Positions 41,578 to 50,179 of a DNA stretch of 64,000 nucleotides are shown here, one piece after another. Every line of letters starts with the position of its first letter. The first letter of the stretch is position 1. Source of the stretch: Candidatus Saccharimonadia bacterium. GTDB taxonomy: Bacteria; Patescibacteriota; Saccharimonadia; UBA4664. Below the pieces are notes generated by a model that worked only from the letters and a program-made list of their open reading frames with translations, made no database searches and was not told the origin of the DNA. The translations under genes were made by a program, and so were the position numbers. The stretch lies in contig JBBRSS010000002.1 of NCBI GenBank assembly GCA_038245115.1, forward strand, positions 7,020 to 71,019, in the 5' to 3' direction.

Positions 41578-43371
41578 ATGAGAACAATGAAAACCAAGCT
41601 TATCCTCATCCTCACGTTCTCACTAGCCGTTATCTCCGTGGCGTTTTTGCCGCATCTCGCTCGCGCCGGGGTTAATAACTTCACCTTCACAACTTTCGAG
41701 GGCGATTACTACCTGTCGCGCGACGCCAATCACGTTTCCCACCTGCGAGTCCACGAACACTTAGTGGCGCAGTTCCCCGATAGCGATCAAAATCACGGCA
41801 TTCTGCGAGCCATACCTCGGGCCTATGGCAAACACGACATCAATCTGCGTGTTCAATCTGTTACCAACAATGCCGGCGGCACCCTTAACTACACCTCCAG
41901 CACCCAAAACAACAACCTGGTGCTCAAAATTGGCGATGCCAACACCTACGTTCATGGCCAGCAAACCTATAATATCGACTACACCCTCGACAATGCCACT
42001 GTAACAAACGCCGGCTACGACGGCCTCTTCTGGGACATTAACGGCGACCAATGGAGTCAACCCTTTGATAGCGTCATCGCCCGCTTCCACCTAGCCGGTG
42101 ACCTCGCTTCCACGATCAATCCCACCGGCACACGCTGCTTTACCGGTGGTGCCGGCTCGCAAACTCAAAACTGCCTCTCATCCACTACCGCCGCCGATAG
42201 TCCCGAAACTCAAATAACCTTCGCCACCACCCGCGGCCTCGAGGCCAACGAGACCCTCACCACTGAACTACGCTTCGCTGCCGGTACCTTCGCTGCCTAC
42301 AAAATGCCGGCCGCTGAGCTCATTAAGCTCCTGGCCGCCATCTTGTTCTTGTACATTCTGCCCGCTATTGCGAGCCTATGGTTCGTAGTTCGTAGATGGC
42401 GCAAATCCGGCCGCGATGCCAAGGGCAGTCCGGTTATTATTGCCCAATATCTCCCGCCCAAAGACCTCAGCGTTTTGGGCTGCAGCGGCCTTTTGCACGA
42501 AAAATTCGACCCCAAAGCCATTTCTGCCCAAATTGTCGACCTAGCCGTACGCCATTACTTCAAGATCTACGAAACCACCAAAAAAGTTCTGTTCATCGAA
42601 AACTCCAGCTATGAAGTAGAGCTCATCCGCGACACTACCGACCTGCGTGCCGAGGAAAAAGCCGTGGTAACCATGCTTTTTGGCGTCAACTCACCCCTCA
42701 ATCAACGCGTCAATCTCGACAGTCTCAAAAACAAGCTCTACACCGAAGCCACCACCCTGGGCGAACAAATAATGCAGCGGCTTACCAAAGCCAGCTACTT
42801 CCGCGGTAACCCCGTAATGGCCGAAACTCCCTTTGCCATCAGTGGCATAATTTTTGTAGCCGTACTCCTCGGGATAATATACGTCGCCCATCTGTCCTGG
42901 TACTTCGCCGGAGCCGCCATAATACCCAGCCTTATACTGCTCATCGGGGCACTCATTATGCCCGCCCGCACTCAGATCGGCGTCGACACCCGTGACTACC
43001 TTCTCGGCCTCAAGCTGTACATGAAAATGGCCGAAGCCGACCGCATCAAGATGCTCCAAAGCCCTCATGGTGAGCTAACGGAAAAAGTCGATGTCAATGA
43101 TACCACCCATCTCGTCAAACTCTACGAACGCCTCCTGCCCTACGCCATGCTGTTTGGCATCGAAAAAGACTGGGCCAAAGAATTTGCTGGACTCTACCAG
43201 CAACCTCCCGATTGGTATTCTGGCTCAGCCGCTTTCAACGCCGGCTACTTTGCCGGTGCCATTTCGGGTTTTTCCGCCCAATCCAACTCCAGCTTCACCC
43301 CACCATCCAGCTCATCCGGCGGCGGTTTCGCCGGCGGCGGTGGGGGCGGCGGCGGGGGCGGCGGCTGGTAG
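41578..43371 (+). CDS. DUF2207 family membrane protein
   Basis: Signal peptide, beta-rich ectodomain, TM segments, and the characteristic Gly-rich tail 'SSSGGGFAGGGGGGGGGGGW'. Confidence 0.7.
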   Translation: MRTMKTKLILILTFSLAVISVAFLPHLARAGVNNFTFTTFEGDYYLSRDANHVSHLRVHEHLVAQFPDSDQNHGILRAIPRAYGKHDINLRVQSVTNNAGGTLNYTSSTQNNNLVLKIGDANTYVHGQQTYNIDYTLDNATVTNAGYDGLFWDINGDQWSQPFDSVIARFHLAGDLASTINPTGTRCFTGGAGSQTQNCLSSTTAADSPETQITFATTRGLEANETLTTELRFAAGTFAAYKMPAAELIKLLAAILFLYILPAIASLWFVVRRWRKSGRDAKGSPVIIAQYLPPKDLSVLGCSGLLHEKFDPKAISAQIVDLAVRHYFKIYETTKKVLFIENSSYEVELIRDTTDLRAEEKAVVTMLFGVNSPLNQRVNLDSLKNKLYTEATTLGEQIMQRLTKASYFRGNPVMAETPFAISGIIFVAVLLGIIYVAHLSWYFAGAAIIPSLILLIGALIMPARTQIGVDTRDYLLGLKLYMKMAEADRIKMLQSPHGELTEKVDVNDTTHLVKLYERLLPYAMLFGIEKDWAKEFAGLYQQPPDWYSGSAAFNAGYFAGAISGFSAQSNSSFTPPSSSSGGGFAGGGGGGGGGGGW

Positions 43372-43757
43372 TCACCCGGATAAGCTCAAGCATCATCCAA
43401 CATTTCCCCCAATAACAAACCAAAAGTTAGGAACATTGCCATTCCCAACCACGCACAAATCCCATAGTATTATGCTTGTGCTTCTCGCCAAATATGTTCA
43501 TGTTCCGACCGTTATTTAGCTTACTGATGCGTCAAAACCGCACCAACCGCTAGCACCTTCGCTCTAAATTCTTTTTGCGAGGGGCACAACAACAAAACTT
43601 AACGCGGCTGCCTTCTGCGGCCGCGTTCGCGTTGGCGTACCTGTCACCAATCCCTTGCCAAGCCCATCGACAAATGCTACAACCAGATCAGGTAGTTGTG
43701 AGCGTGGAGCCTATTTTGAGTACAGCAGGTATCATTAGGTGCGAACACTATCGAACA

Positions 43758-43782
43758 AACGGGCCTCTGGGCCCGTTTTTCT
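43758..43782 (+). terminator. Intrinsic terminator in the non-coding region downstream of the DUF2207 gene
   Basis: AACGGGCC-ucug-GGCCCGUU 8-bp stem followed by UUUUUC. Confidence 0.55.
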
Positions 43783-43919
43783 GATTATTATCCTCGACAA
43801 AACCTCCCTCGCTACCAGATATGCCGATGTGCTAATATTTACTCCTGTCAACCTACGTAATTGGTAGCTCTTCGCAGTGCAATATCTTCCCCGGACCAGC
43901 TAGCGAATTGGAGATTTCA

Positions 43920-44489
43920 ATGTACCTGCCTCCAAGCCCACGCCCCACCCAAGTTCTTGCCATGGAAATCTACCGCGCATGCGACTTTAGCACCGCGCAG
44001 ATCGAATCACACTTCGACCTGGAAGATGCGGTCATCACGCAAATTGCCGGCCGCACCAACGCCTTTCTGTGCCAGCTCGCAGAGGCTTACACCGGCAAGC
44101 ATCTGTTCCCGGGCCCCTCCGTTCGGGACTACTCCGACTGGATTCAGGGCATCATGGCCCAGATCCTGATCACGGAAATGCGTCACATCATCGGGACCGC
44201 ACCCAGATACGGCAAGCTTTATTCGAGCCCGGCATGGGTATTCCTGGGCGGCGACCTGCGTCACCCCACGGACTGTTCCTTCCCCAACTCGAGATCGGAT
44301 CCAAAGTCGCGCGACTATGTCGAGTACTGGGGACGCTGCGATGACACCGAAGTCGTAGTGGTCTACGGCCCCGCCAAGTACAACATCATCCCTTGTCACG
44401 TCACCGACGACCACCCCGGCATTCACGCTGTTGAAGCATTTCGGCGCCTCCACCAAGTGTGGAATCTCGCCACCGCCCGCACTACCTAG
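43920..44489 (+). CDS. Hypothetical protein (190 aa)
   Basis: TGGAGA 5 nt before the ATG; no motif. Confidence 0.4.
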   Translation: MYLPPSPRPTQVLAMEIYRACDFSTAQIESHFDLEDAVITQIAGRTNAFLCQLAEAYTGKHLFPGPSVRDYSDWIQGIMAQILITEMRHIIGTAPRYGKLYSSPAWVFLGGDLRHPTDCSFPNSRSDPKSRDYVEYWGRCDDTEVVVVYGPAKYNIIPCHVTDDHPGIHAVEAFRRLHQVWNLATARTT

Positions 44490-44505
44490 CCGCTCGGAGA
44501 ACAAA

Positions 44506-44815
44506 CATGACACACAAGAAGACTAAAGCCGGTGTTATTGCGGTTACTGGCTCGCTCGTCCTCCTGGCCGTCTGGAAGACCGACGAGAAATTCAACAAGT
44601 CGAAAGGTGGCGCCTGGTTCATCGACGAGCTCATTCAGTTCAAAACCGTCAACACCGAGGTCGCCAAGAAATGGCTGCGTCGCACTCCCTTAGTGGAGCA
44701 GCCGGAAGACGCCGACAAACAGATCGACGAAGTAGTCGAGGAAGGCATCGAACGGGGACTCCTGCGCCGCATCAAGCGTATCCGGTCCAGGCAACCTCCC
44801 GCCCCTCCGGCGTAA
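44506..44815 (+). CDS. Hypothetical protein (103 aa) with N-terminal TM
   Basis: GGAGAA RBS. Confidence 0.4.
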
Positions 44816-44829
44816 AGCCATTTTCACTT

Positions 44830-44860
44830 CGGTACCGCGCCCATCCCGGGCGCGGTACCG
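44830..44860. repeat. Perfect 13-bp GC-rich inverted repeat (CGGTACCGCGCCC/GGGCGCGGTACCG), likely a bidirectional terminator or protein-binding palindrome
   Basis: Seen directly; lies between the convergent genes 44506..44815 (+) and 45001..45465 (-). Confidence 0.4.
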
Positions 44861-45000
44861 AGCCGAAACTGAATGCTCAAACCCGCTTGAGCCATCAGCA
44901 TCGGTAACAACGTCAAAACATGACGAAGCCCCCGTCGCGCACAAAATTTGCACGCGTACGGGGGCATTTCGCCAGATCGTTTAGGCGGGAAAGTCGGGAC

Positions 45001-45465
45001 TCAGACGGTGTAAAGCCGGCGACGAATAAGCTCAGAGGGTTCCTTACCGGGAGCACAAATCCGCGCAATTGCGGCTTCAATTACCCCGTGCAGGCGAGCG
45101 ACGTTATGAGAATGAGCCCCTAAATAATTCTTAGGGCTTGGCGCCAGCTGGTAGAACACCACACCCGTCAGGACCGTCATCGAAACAATGGTCTTGACGA
45201 GTATGAGTTTTTCCGCCAACTTCTCAAGTGCCGTCACCATTTCCGGCGTGAAGCTCTCACCCACAGGTGCTAAGCTCCCGCATGGCGGTTCGCCGTGACC
45301 AGACGCCAAAATCTTGTGTTCAAGGCGATCCACCTTCTTCTTCTTCGGTTCGGTGCCGACATTCTCGGCAACCACCGCGGCATCTGCGGTCGCGACGGTC
45401 GCGACCTCCCGCGGAGCAGCACCCCGTCGGCGGGACGGGGAAACCAATAGTTCTGTTGCAGTCAT
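45001..45465 (-). CDS. Hypothetical protein (154 aa)
   Basis: AAGGAGG 6 nt upstream of the ATG; GC-rich. Confidence 0.5.
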   Translation of the reverse strand: MTATELLVSPSRRRGAAPREVATVATADAAVVAENVGTEPKKKKVDRLEHKILASGHGEPPCGSLAPVGESFTPEMVTALEKLAEKLILVKTIVSMTVLTGVVFYQLAPSPKNYLGAHSHNVARLHGVIEAAIARICAPGKEPSELIRRRLYTV

Positions 45466-45776
45466 CCTGCCTCCTTGTCAAAGTGCCGTCAAACGATCTG
45501 ACGGTGCCGGTAATGTTACTCTACCAACGCCTCATTATACCGCTAGTGGTTGTTTTAGTCAAGATTCGATTAAGGACGCTGTTGACATAATTACTAAACA
45601 TAAACTCGCTTGATATTGACAAAACCAAGCACAAGGACTACAATAGCGGATCGTCGCCAAGCGATGATCCTTGAAACAGTGAGATAGCCTAACCGGATTC
45701 CGTGCCCGCAAGCAAACTTGTTGACACAAAACCCGGTTAGGGATCAGCCCCGACCCCAAGCGCTGGGAGGCGCAAA

Positions 45777-46133
45777 ATGTCAATTTCAGATGTCACGCGC
45801 GATGTCACACCAAGCAGCACTCGGACCAACACCAAGGAGCTTGCGGCCAGTTCGGACTCCCGCCCGGAGGGTGACCTCATCACGCTTCTCCCCGAGCTGA
45901 TCGCGCGCCTGAATGAGCTCAAGGCCAATGGCATTCCGTATTGGAATGCCGGTATCCCTGGCACTGTGGCCTTCAGGTTTGGGTCGTGGCCACACCACCT
46001 GCTGGTCCAGGTTCTCCAACCCGGCGCCACCAACCGTGGAGCTCTGGCCGAATACGTGAGCTATGCGCCAACACCTGCCGGCAAGAACTGGCTGGAAGCC
46101 AGTTACCAGGTGGGGTGCTCGATCGCCGTGTAA
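45777..46133 (+). CDS. Hypothetical protein (118 aa)
   Basis: GGGAGG RBS. Confidence 0.4.
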   Translation: MSISDVTRDVTPSSTRTNTKELAASSDSRPEGDLITLLPELIARLNELKANGIPYWNAGIPGTVAFRFGSWPHHLLVQVLQPGATNRGALAEYVSYAPTPAGKNWLEASYQVGCSIAV

Positions 46134-46478
46134 GGCACACCCCGTCTGAGCTCACATTGTATCCGGCGGACAGACCGCAGGGTCACGTCCGCCGGATACA
46201 CCTCCAAATCCATCTCACTGTTTCTACTTCAGCCCCATCTACGAGCAATACCGACGATGGGGTTTTTGCTTACCTATTTGAGCGATAATATCGATTCAAT
46301 ACTTGGAAAACGGACAACCAAACCGGCACTTAAGCCGGTCCGGTTGTCTATATTGCCACCGTTCGTTCAGATCCCAAGAGGGGGAGCCGAAGCCAGAGTA
46401 AGACATTCGAGTAAATCAACCCAGCAAGCTTACTATTTACAAATAACCATAACCTGTTATAGTACATACATTATGAAT

Positions 46479-46583
46479 CGATATTACCCGAGTCAAATCA
46501 CGACCTCGACCAGCCGCCTGTATACCGGCGGAGTTGTTATTGCTGGGTTTTCTATGCGAAAGACCAGCTCGGGCGTATCGGAT
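46479..46583. repeat. Direct repeat copy A (upstream of the MFS gene); it contains a ~51-bp insertion relative to copy B at 48599..48650
   Basis: 'TCGATATTACCCGAGTCAAATCACGACCTCGACCAG..CTCGGGCGTATCGGA' versus 'TCGATATTACCCGAACCAAATCACGACTTCAACCAACTCGGGCGTATCGATG'. Confidence 0.5.
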
Positions 46584-46741
46584 CTACTTATCTAACTAAC
46601 GATAAAATTTTAGGTCATGGTGCGTCTCCTATACGGAGGCGTTTTTCGTACAACGTACTTCGTATATGAGCCGTACCGGGGCTTTGGAATATTTCCAAGT
46701 ACCCATAGGTTGTCATATCAATTAATGGAAAGGGACCAGAC

Positions 46742-47914
46742 ATGGATAAGCACGTGGATAACGCCAAGTGGCTGATCTGCTTCGCGCCGTTTCGGGCGCT
46801 GTCGATCAGCGCGGCCTACCTAACGCCATTCTTTTTGCAAAAAGGCCTCAGCCTGTCCGAGATATTTCTATTGCAATCGATCTTTTCCCTGGCAGTTTTG
46901 CTCTGGGAGATCCCTAGCGGATATATCGCCGATAGGATTGGCCGGGCTTTTAGCATTAAGATCAGCGCGCCAGTTGCCGCTGCAGCTATGATTGCCTACG
47001 GTCTTAGTGGGCAGTTCTGGCAGTTCATAATCTGCGAGCTGGTACTGGCGCTGGCCTACGGTCTGTATAGCGGCATCGATAAGGCGCTGTTATACGACTC
47101 GCTGTTGGCCCAGAACCGCGAAGACGACTACACGAAGCTGCTTCAGCGCATGAAGTCAGCGGAGTTTGCCAGTACCGCCGTGGGCGTGCCGCTAGCGATT
47201 GCACTAGTGTACTTTGTGAGTATCAGCGCCACGCTGGTGGCCGACGGTCTGCTCACTTTGGTAGGTATGATCTTCGCGCTTAAGCTGGTGGAAGCGCCCC
47301 GCTCCAATGGCAGTACTGAAGCCATGCGGTTAAGTGCCTGGCATGCTGTTCGGCAGCTGGGAGGCAATGCCCATGCAAGGTGGCTGATAGTACTCTTCGC
47401 CTCGCTCAATACTGCGACCTACATCGCGGCTTGGCTCTCGGCGCCGTACTACTCAGATATGGGTATTCCGGTTGTGCTGTTTAGTGCGATCCTGGCTATC
47501 CGCAGTCTATGGAAGGCCTGGTTGTCGCATAAGTATCACCAGACTCGGCGTATCCAGCGCAATATGATGATGTATGCCGCGTTGGCTGGGCTTGTGTATG
47601 TAGGCATGTCCACCGGGCAACTCTGGTTGGCGTGGGTGGTGTTGGGCCACGACATGGTCCAAGCCTTGCAGGAAGCGCCGATAATGGCGCAGCTCAACAG
47701 TTACATCGAGCACGAGTACCGGGCCACTATCAACAGCGTGTTCAATCTGGTTAATCGGCTAGCGTTCATGATCGCCGGCCCGCTAGTCGGGTTGGTGGTG
47801 GACCGCGGCGGACTCAAGATGGGTTTGGTCAGCACGGGACTAGTTTGCAGCTCACTGGCCTTCGTGGCCGTGGCACGCCTCCACAGCATGCGCACCTTCG
47901 AGGATAAAATATGA
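46742..47914 (+). CDS. MFS transporter (12 TM)
   Basis: 'GYIADRIGRAF' motif-A-like; 12 predicted TM helices. AAAGGGA RBS. Confidence 0.75.
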   Translation: MDKHVDNAKWLICFAPFRALSISAAYLTPFFLQKGLSLSEIFLLQSIFSLAVLLWEIPSGYIADRIGRAFSIKISAPVAAAAMIAYGLSGQFWQFIICELVLALAYGLYSGIDKALLYDSLLAQNREDDYTKLLQRMKSAEFASTAVGVPLAIALVYFVSISATLVADGLLTLVGMIFALKLVEAPRSNGSTEAMRLSAWHAVRQLGGNAHARWLIVLFASLNTATYIAAWLSAPYYSDMGIPVVLFSAILAIRSLWKAWLSHKYHQTRRIQRNMMMYAALAGLVYVGMSTGQLWLAWVVLGHDMVQALQEAPIMAQLNSYIEHEYRATINSVFNLVNRLAFMIAGPLVGLVVDRGGLKMGLVSTGLVCSSLAFVAVARLHSMRTFEDKI

Positions 47915-47964
47915 CAGCCGCCCCAGGGATAATAATTATCTCTGGGGCATCCTCGTGTTGCCTC

Positions 47965-48525
47965 CTATAGCGCTTCCAACTGGCCAACCAAATCGGCGAG
48001 CTCAATAACTAACTTATTATCGGGAATCTTTTCCTCCATCAGCGCCAGTGAAGCGCGGTACCACCATTTTTGCTCGTCTTTACCGGCGTTGAAGCGACCC
48101 CACAAACTATCACCGATTTCTTGATGATCAGCCAAGGTTGATCTGAGGTTATGAATTTTGTCGGCCGCACACACAATAAATGCTGCCAGATTGTCGGCGC
48201 TTTTGAGGTTTTTCAGATAAGCTTCGTTGCGTTTGCGCCAATCGGAAATTGTTTCATCCTTCGACACGGCGCTGACTATGGCTGTGACTTCAGGGCCGAA
48301 ATCGCCCGTCATTTCCAGCTCGCCGTACAGATCGGTATCGCCGTCTTCCAGCACGTCGTGCAGCAGGCAGGCGCAGAGCGTATCTTCGTCTTGCGTGACC
48401 TCGCCGGCAATGAGCATTACCGAAACCGGGTGCACAATGCAGGGAATCGCCGTTCCCTTGCGCTTTTGCGATAAATGGGTGGCTACAGCCACTTCTAGGG
48501 CTAACTCGAGTTTGGTCTTGTACAT
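47965..48525 (-). CDS. HD-domain (p)ppGpp hydrolase, small alarmone hydrolase (RelA/SpoT HD domain only)
   Basis: 'HLSQKRKGTAIPCIVHPVSVMLIAGE...DEDTLCACLLHDVLEDG' matches the RelA/SpoT hydrolase HD motif. AAGGAAGGAA RBS. Confidence 0.65.
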   Translation of the reverse strand: MYKTKLELALEVAVATHLSQKRKGTAIPCIVHPVSVMLIAGEVTQDEDTLCACLLHDVLEDGDTDLYGELEMTGDFGPEVTAIVSAVSKDETISDWRKRNEAYLKNLKSADNLAAFIVCAADKIHNLRSTLADHQEIGDSLWGRFNAGKDEQKWWYRASLALMEEKIPDNKLVIELADLVGQLEAL

Positions 48526-48598
48526 AAAATTCCTTCCTTGGGCATAAATATGGCGGCCAACTCTTTATGTAATAGCCGCATCGGTATTCATATATACG

Positions 48599-48650
48599 TC
48601 GATATTACCCGAACCAAATCACGACTTCAACCAACTCGGGCGTATCGATG
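48599..48650. repeat. Direct repeat copy B (downstream of the HD-hydrolase gene)
   Basis: See copy A; ~85% identity over ~52 nt. Confidence 0.5.
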
Positions 48651-48800
48651 TCGAGCCGTTGTTTGCCCGGCTCACCTGGCTAACCGTTCTATTCCTAAAA
48701 CCTCAAACTGATATTTGAAAACTTGGGACTAGCTCGGAATCCGCGCGAGCGCAGATTCCGAGAGGCAGCAAGGTGCTGCCGTTTGGTTTGATCGAGACCC

Positions 48801-49523
48801 CTAGGCGTCGCTCTTTACGGACTGGCGCTGATACTGCAGTTCGACCTTACCCGTAGTACCGTCGGGCTGCCAGACCGAGACAATCCGCTTCTCAGCCACA
48901 AGCTGTTGCAGAGCCTTGTAGAGATCGGCGGAATGCAGGGCAATGTCGGGCCACCCCAGCACATGGATAAGCTCATTGCCCGAGATCGGCTTTGTGCTTG
49001 ACGAACTCAGTACCACTTTGCACACGCGCTCCTTGAAGCCCTTGTTGACGGGGCGAACCGCCGCCTCGGGGAACTTGCTTGCCAGCAAATCTTGCTGCCA
49101 GTCGGCACTGCGCGGGTCGCAATGACGGCGAAGTCGTACCGGTGCGTCGCACCTAGGGTGAAATTCCCGGATGACAGCGACAATCTTCGGTAGCAAAAAC
49201 TGCCACTCGAACATCGACGCCACCTCCACCGAGAAGTAGTCTGGACGAACGTCCACGCTGACCACGCCCGGGATTGCGAGAACCCGAGAAATGATATTCG
49301 TACCGATCCTGGTGAGCCCCTTGCAGCTTGAGCTGGGTGGATTCAGCGACAAGGGGTAGGCGCCGGGGAGCATGAGCTCTATGTCCGAAAGATGAAACCA
49401 TAGAGTCTCGCTGCTCCCACCCGTTGAGCGGACCGATATCGCACCCTCCGATCGACGTTCCTCGATAAGTAGACGTACAAAGATAAGTAGACGCACAATG
49501 AATCCAAACGGCTGACGAGCCAT
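48801..49523 (-). CDS. Hypothetical protein (240 aa), possibly with a C-terminal winged-helix region
   Basis: GGAGGGG 5 nt upstream of ATG 49523; the track ORF extends to 49604. Confidence 0.45.
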   Translation of the reverse strand: MARQPFGFIVRLLIFVRLLIEERRSEGAISVRSTGGSSETLWFHLSDIELMLPGAYPLSLNPPSSSCKGLTRIGTNIISRVLAIPGVVSVDVRPDYFSVEVASMFEWQFLLPKIVAVIREFHPRCDAPVRLRRHCDPRSADWQQDLLASKFPEAAVRPVNKGFKERVCKVVLSSSSTKPISGNELIHVLGWPDIALHSADLYKALQQLVAEKRIVSVWQPDGTTGKVELQYQRQSVKSDA

Positions 49524-49688
49524 GGTTTCCCCTCCATTGATGAGCTCACATATTTCAAAGTCCGATTTTGGTATTATAATGCTAAACAAACCTTTTGTCA
49601 ACATTTGCAGGTCGGTGAATTTATGTCAAAAGATGCTGTGCCGCCCCGAAAAACCGGAGCGGCACATGTGCACGAAGCGAACGGTGAG

Positions 49689-50171
49689 TCAATCGATCAT
49701 CACCTCTGCAATAACTTCGACCGTGACCCGAAACTCCATACCCCTCGCCTCAATGATGTAACTGCCATCAGGCAAGATCTGGATTGGGCCCTCGCCCTCG
49801 AAGAAGATGTTGTACGCCACGATCCCGACAGAGGAAGCAGCGTTGGTAATGTAGCGCGGACTATCCTCAAACACAACGCGGATGTCTTCGCATTCATTCT
49901 CAATAACGTCGCCCACGTTGACTCGGGCTCCGTTAAGCAGGTCCACAAACGGCCACATCGCGCGAACAGGCGGGAACGGACTGTGCACCTGCATATTGCG
50001 GATGTTAATGACATACAGGACGTCAATCACCTCGGTCATATCAACTCCAATGTTCGCTTCGGGCTGATCCCAAAGACCGACACGATAGTCCCACATCTGC
50101 GCGGTGATTACACTCGTCATTAATCCAATCGACAAATAATTACTGCGTCGCCCCTCAGTCTGCATGATCAT
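49689..50171 (-). CDS. Hypothetical protein (~160 aa)
   Basis: Balanced composition, in contrast to the His/Arg-rich antisense ORF 49605..50123. The start is uncertain and lies divergent and adjacent to the DUF2779 gene start. Confidence 0.35.
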   Translation of the reverse strand: MIMQTEGRRSNYLSIGLMTSVITAQMWDYRVGLWDQPEANIGVDMTEVIDVLYVINIRNMQVHSPFPPVRAMWPFVDLLNGARVNVGDVIENECEDIRVVFEDSPRYITNAASSVGIVAYNIFFEGEGPIQILPDGSYIIEARGMEFRVTVEVIAEVMID

Positions 50172-50179
50172 CGAGTACA

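Noticed and set aside
43372-43757. Possible tmRNA / SRP RNA / RNase P RNA in the 390-nt ORF-free region
   Set aside because: I could not find the diagnostic motifs: no tRNA-like T-loop GGTTCGAATCC, no 'AGGUCCGGAAGGAAGCAGCC' SRP domain IV, and no RNase P P4 'AGGAAAGUCCGG'. It is kept only as an unclassified candidate sRNA in the findings.
48735-48780. Two hairpins (CGGAATC..GATTCCG and GGCAGC..GCTGCC) downstream of the minus-strand gene 48801..49523
   Set aside because: Neither is followed by a U-tract on the relevant (minus) strand, so they are not called as terminators.
49605-50123. +-strand 172-aa ORF overlapping 49689..50171 (-)
   Set aside because: His/Arg-rich composition looks like an out-of-frame artefact; the minus-strand ORF has protein-like composition. 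The confidence of the minus call is nevertheless low.
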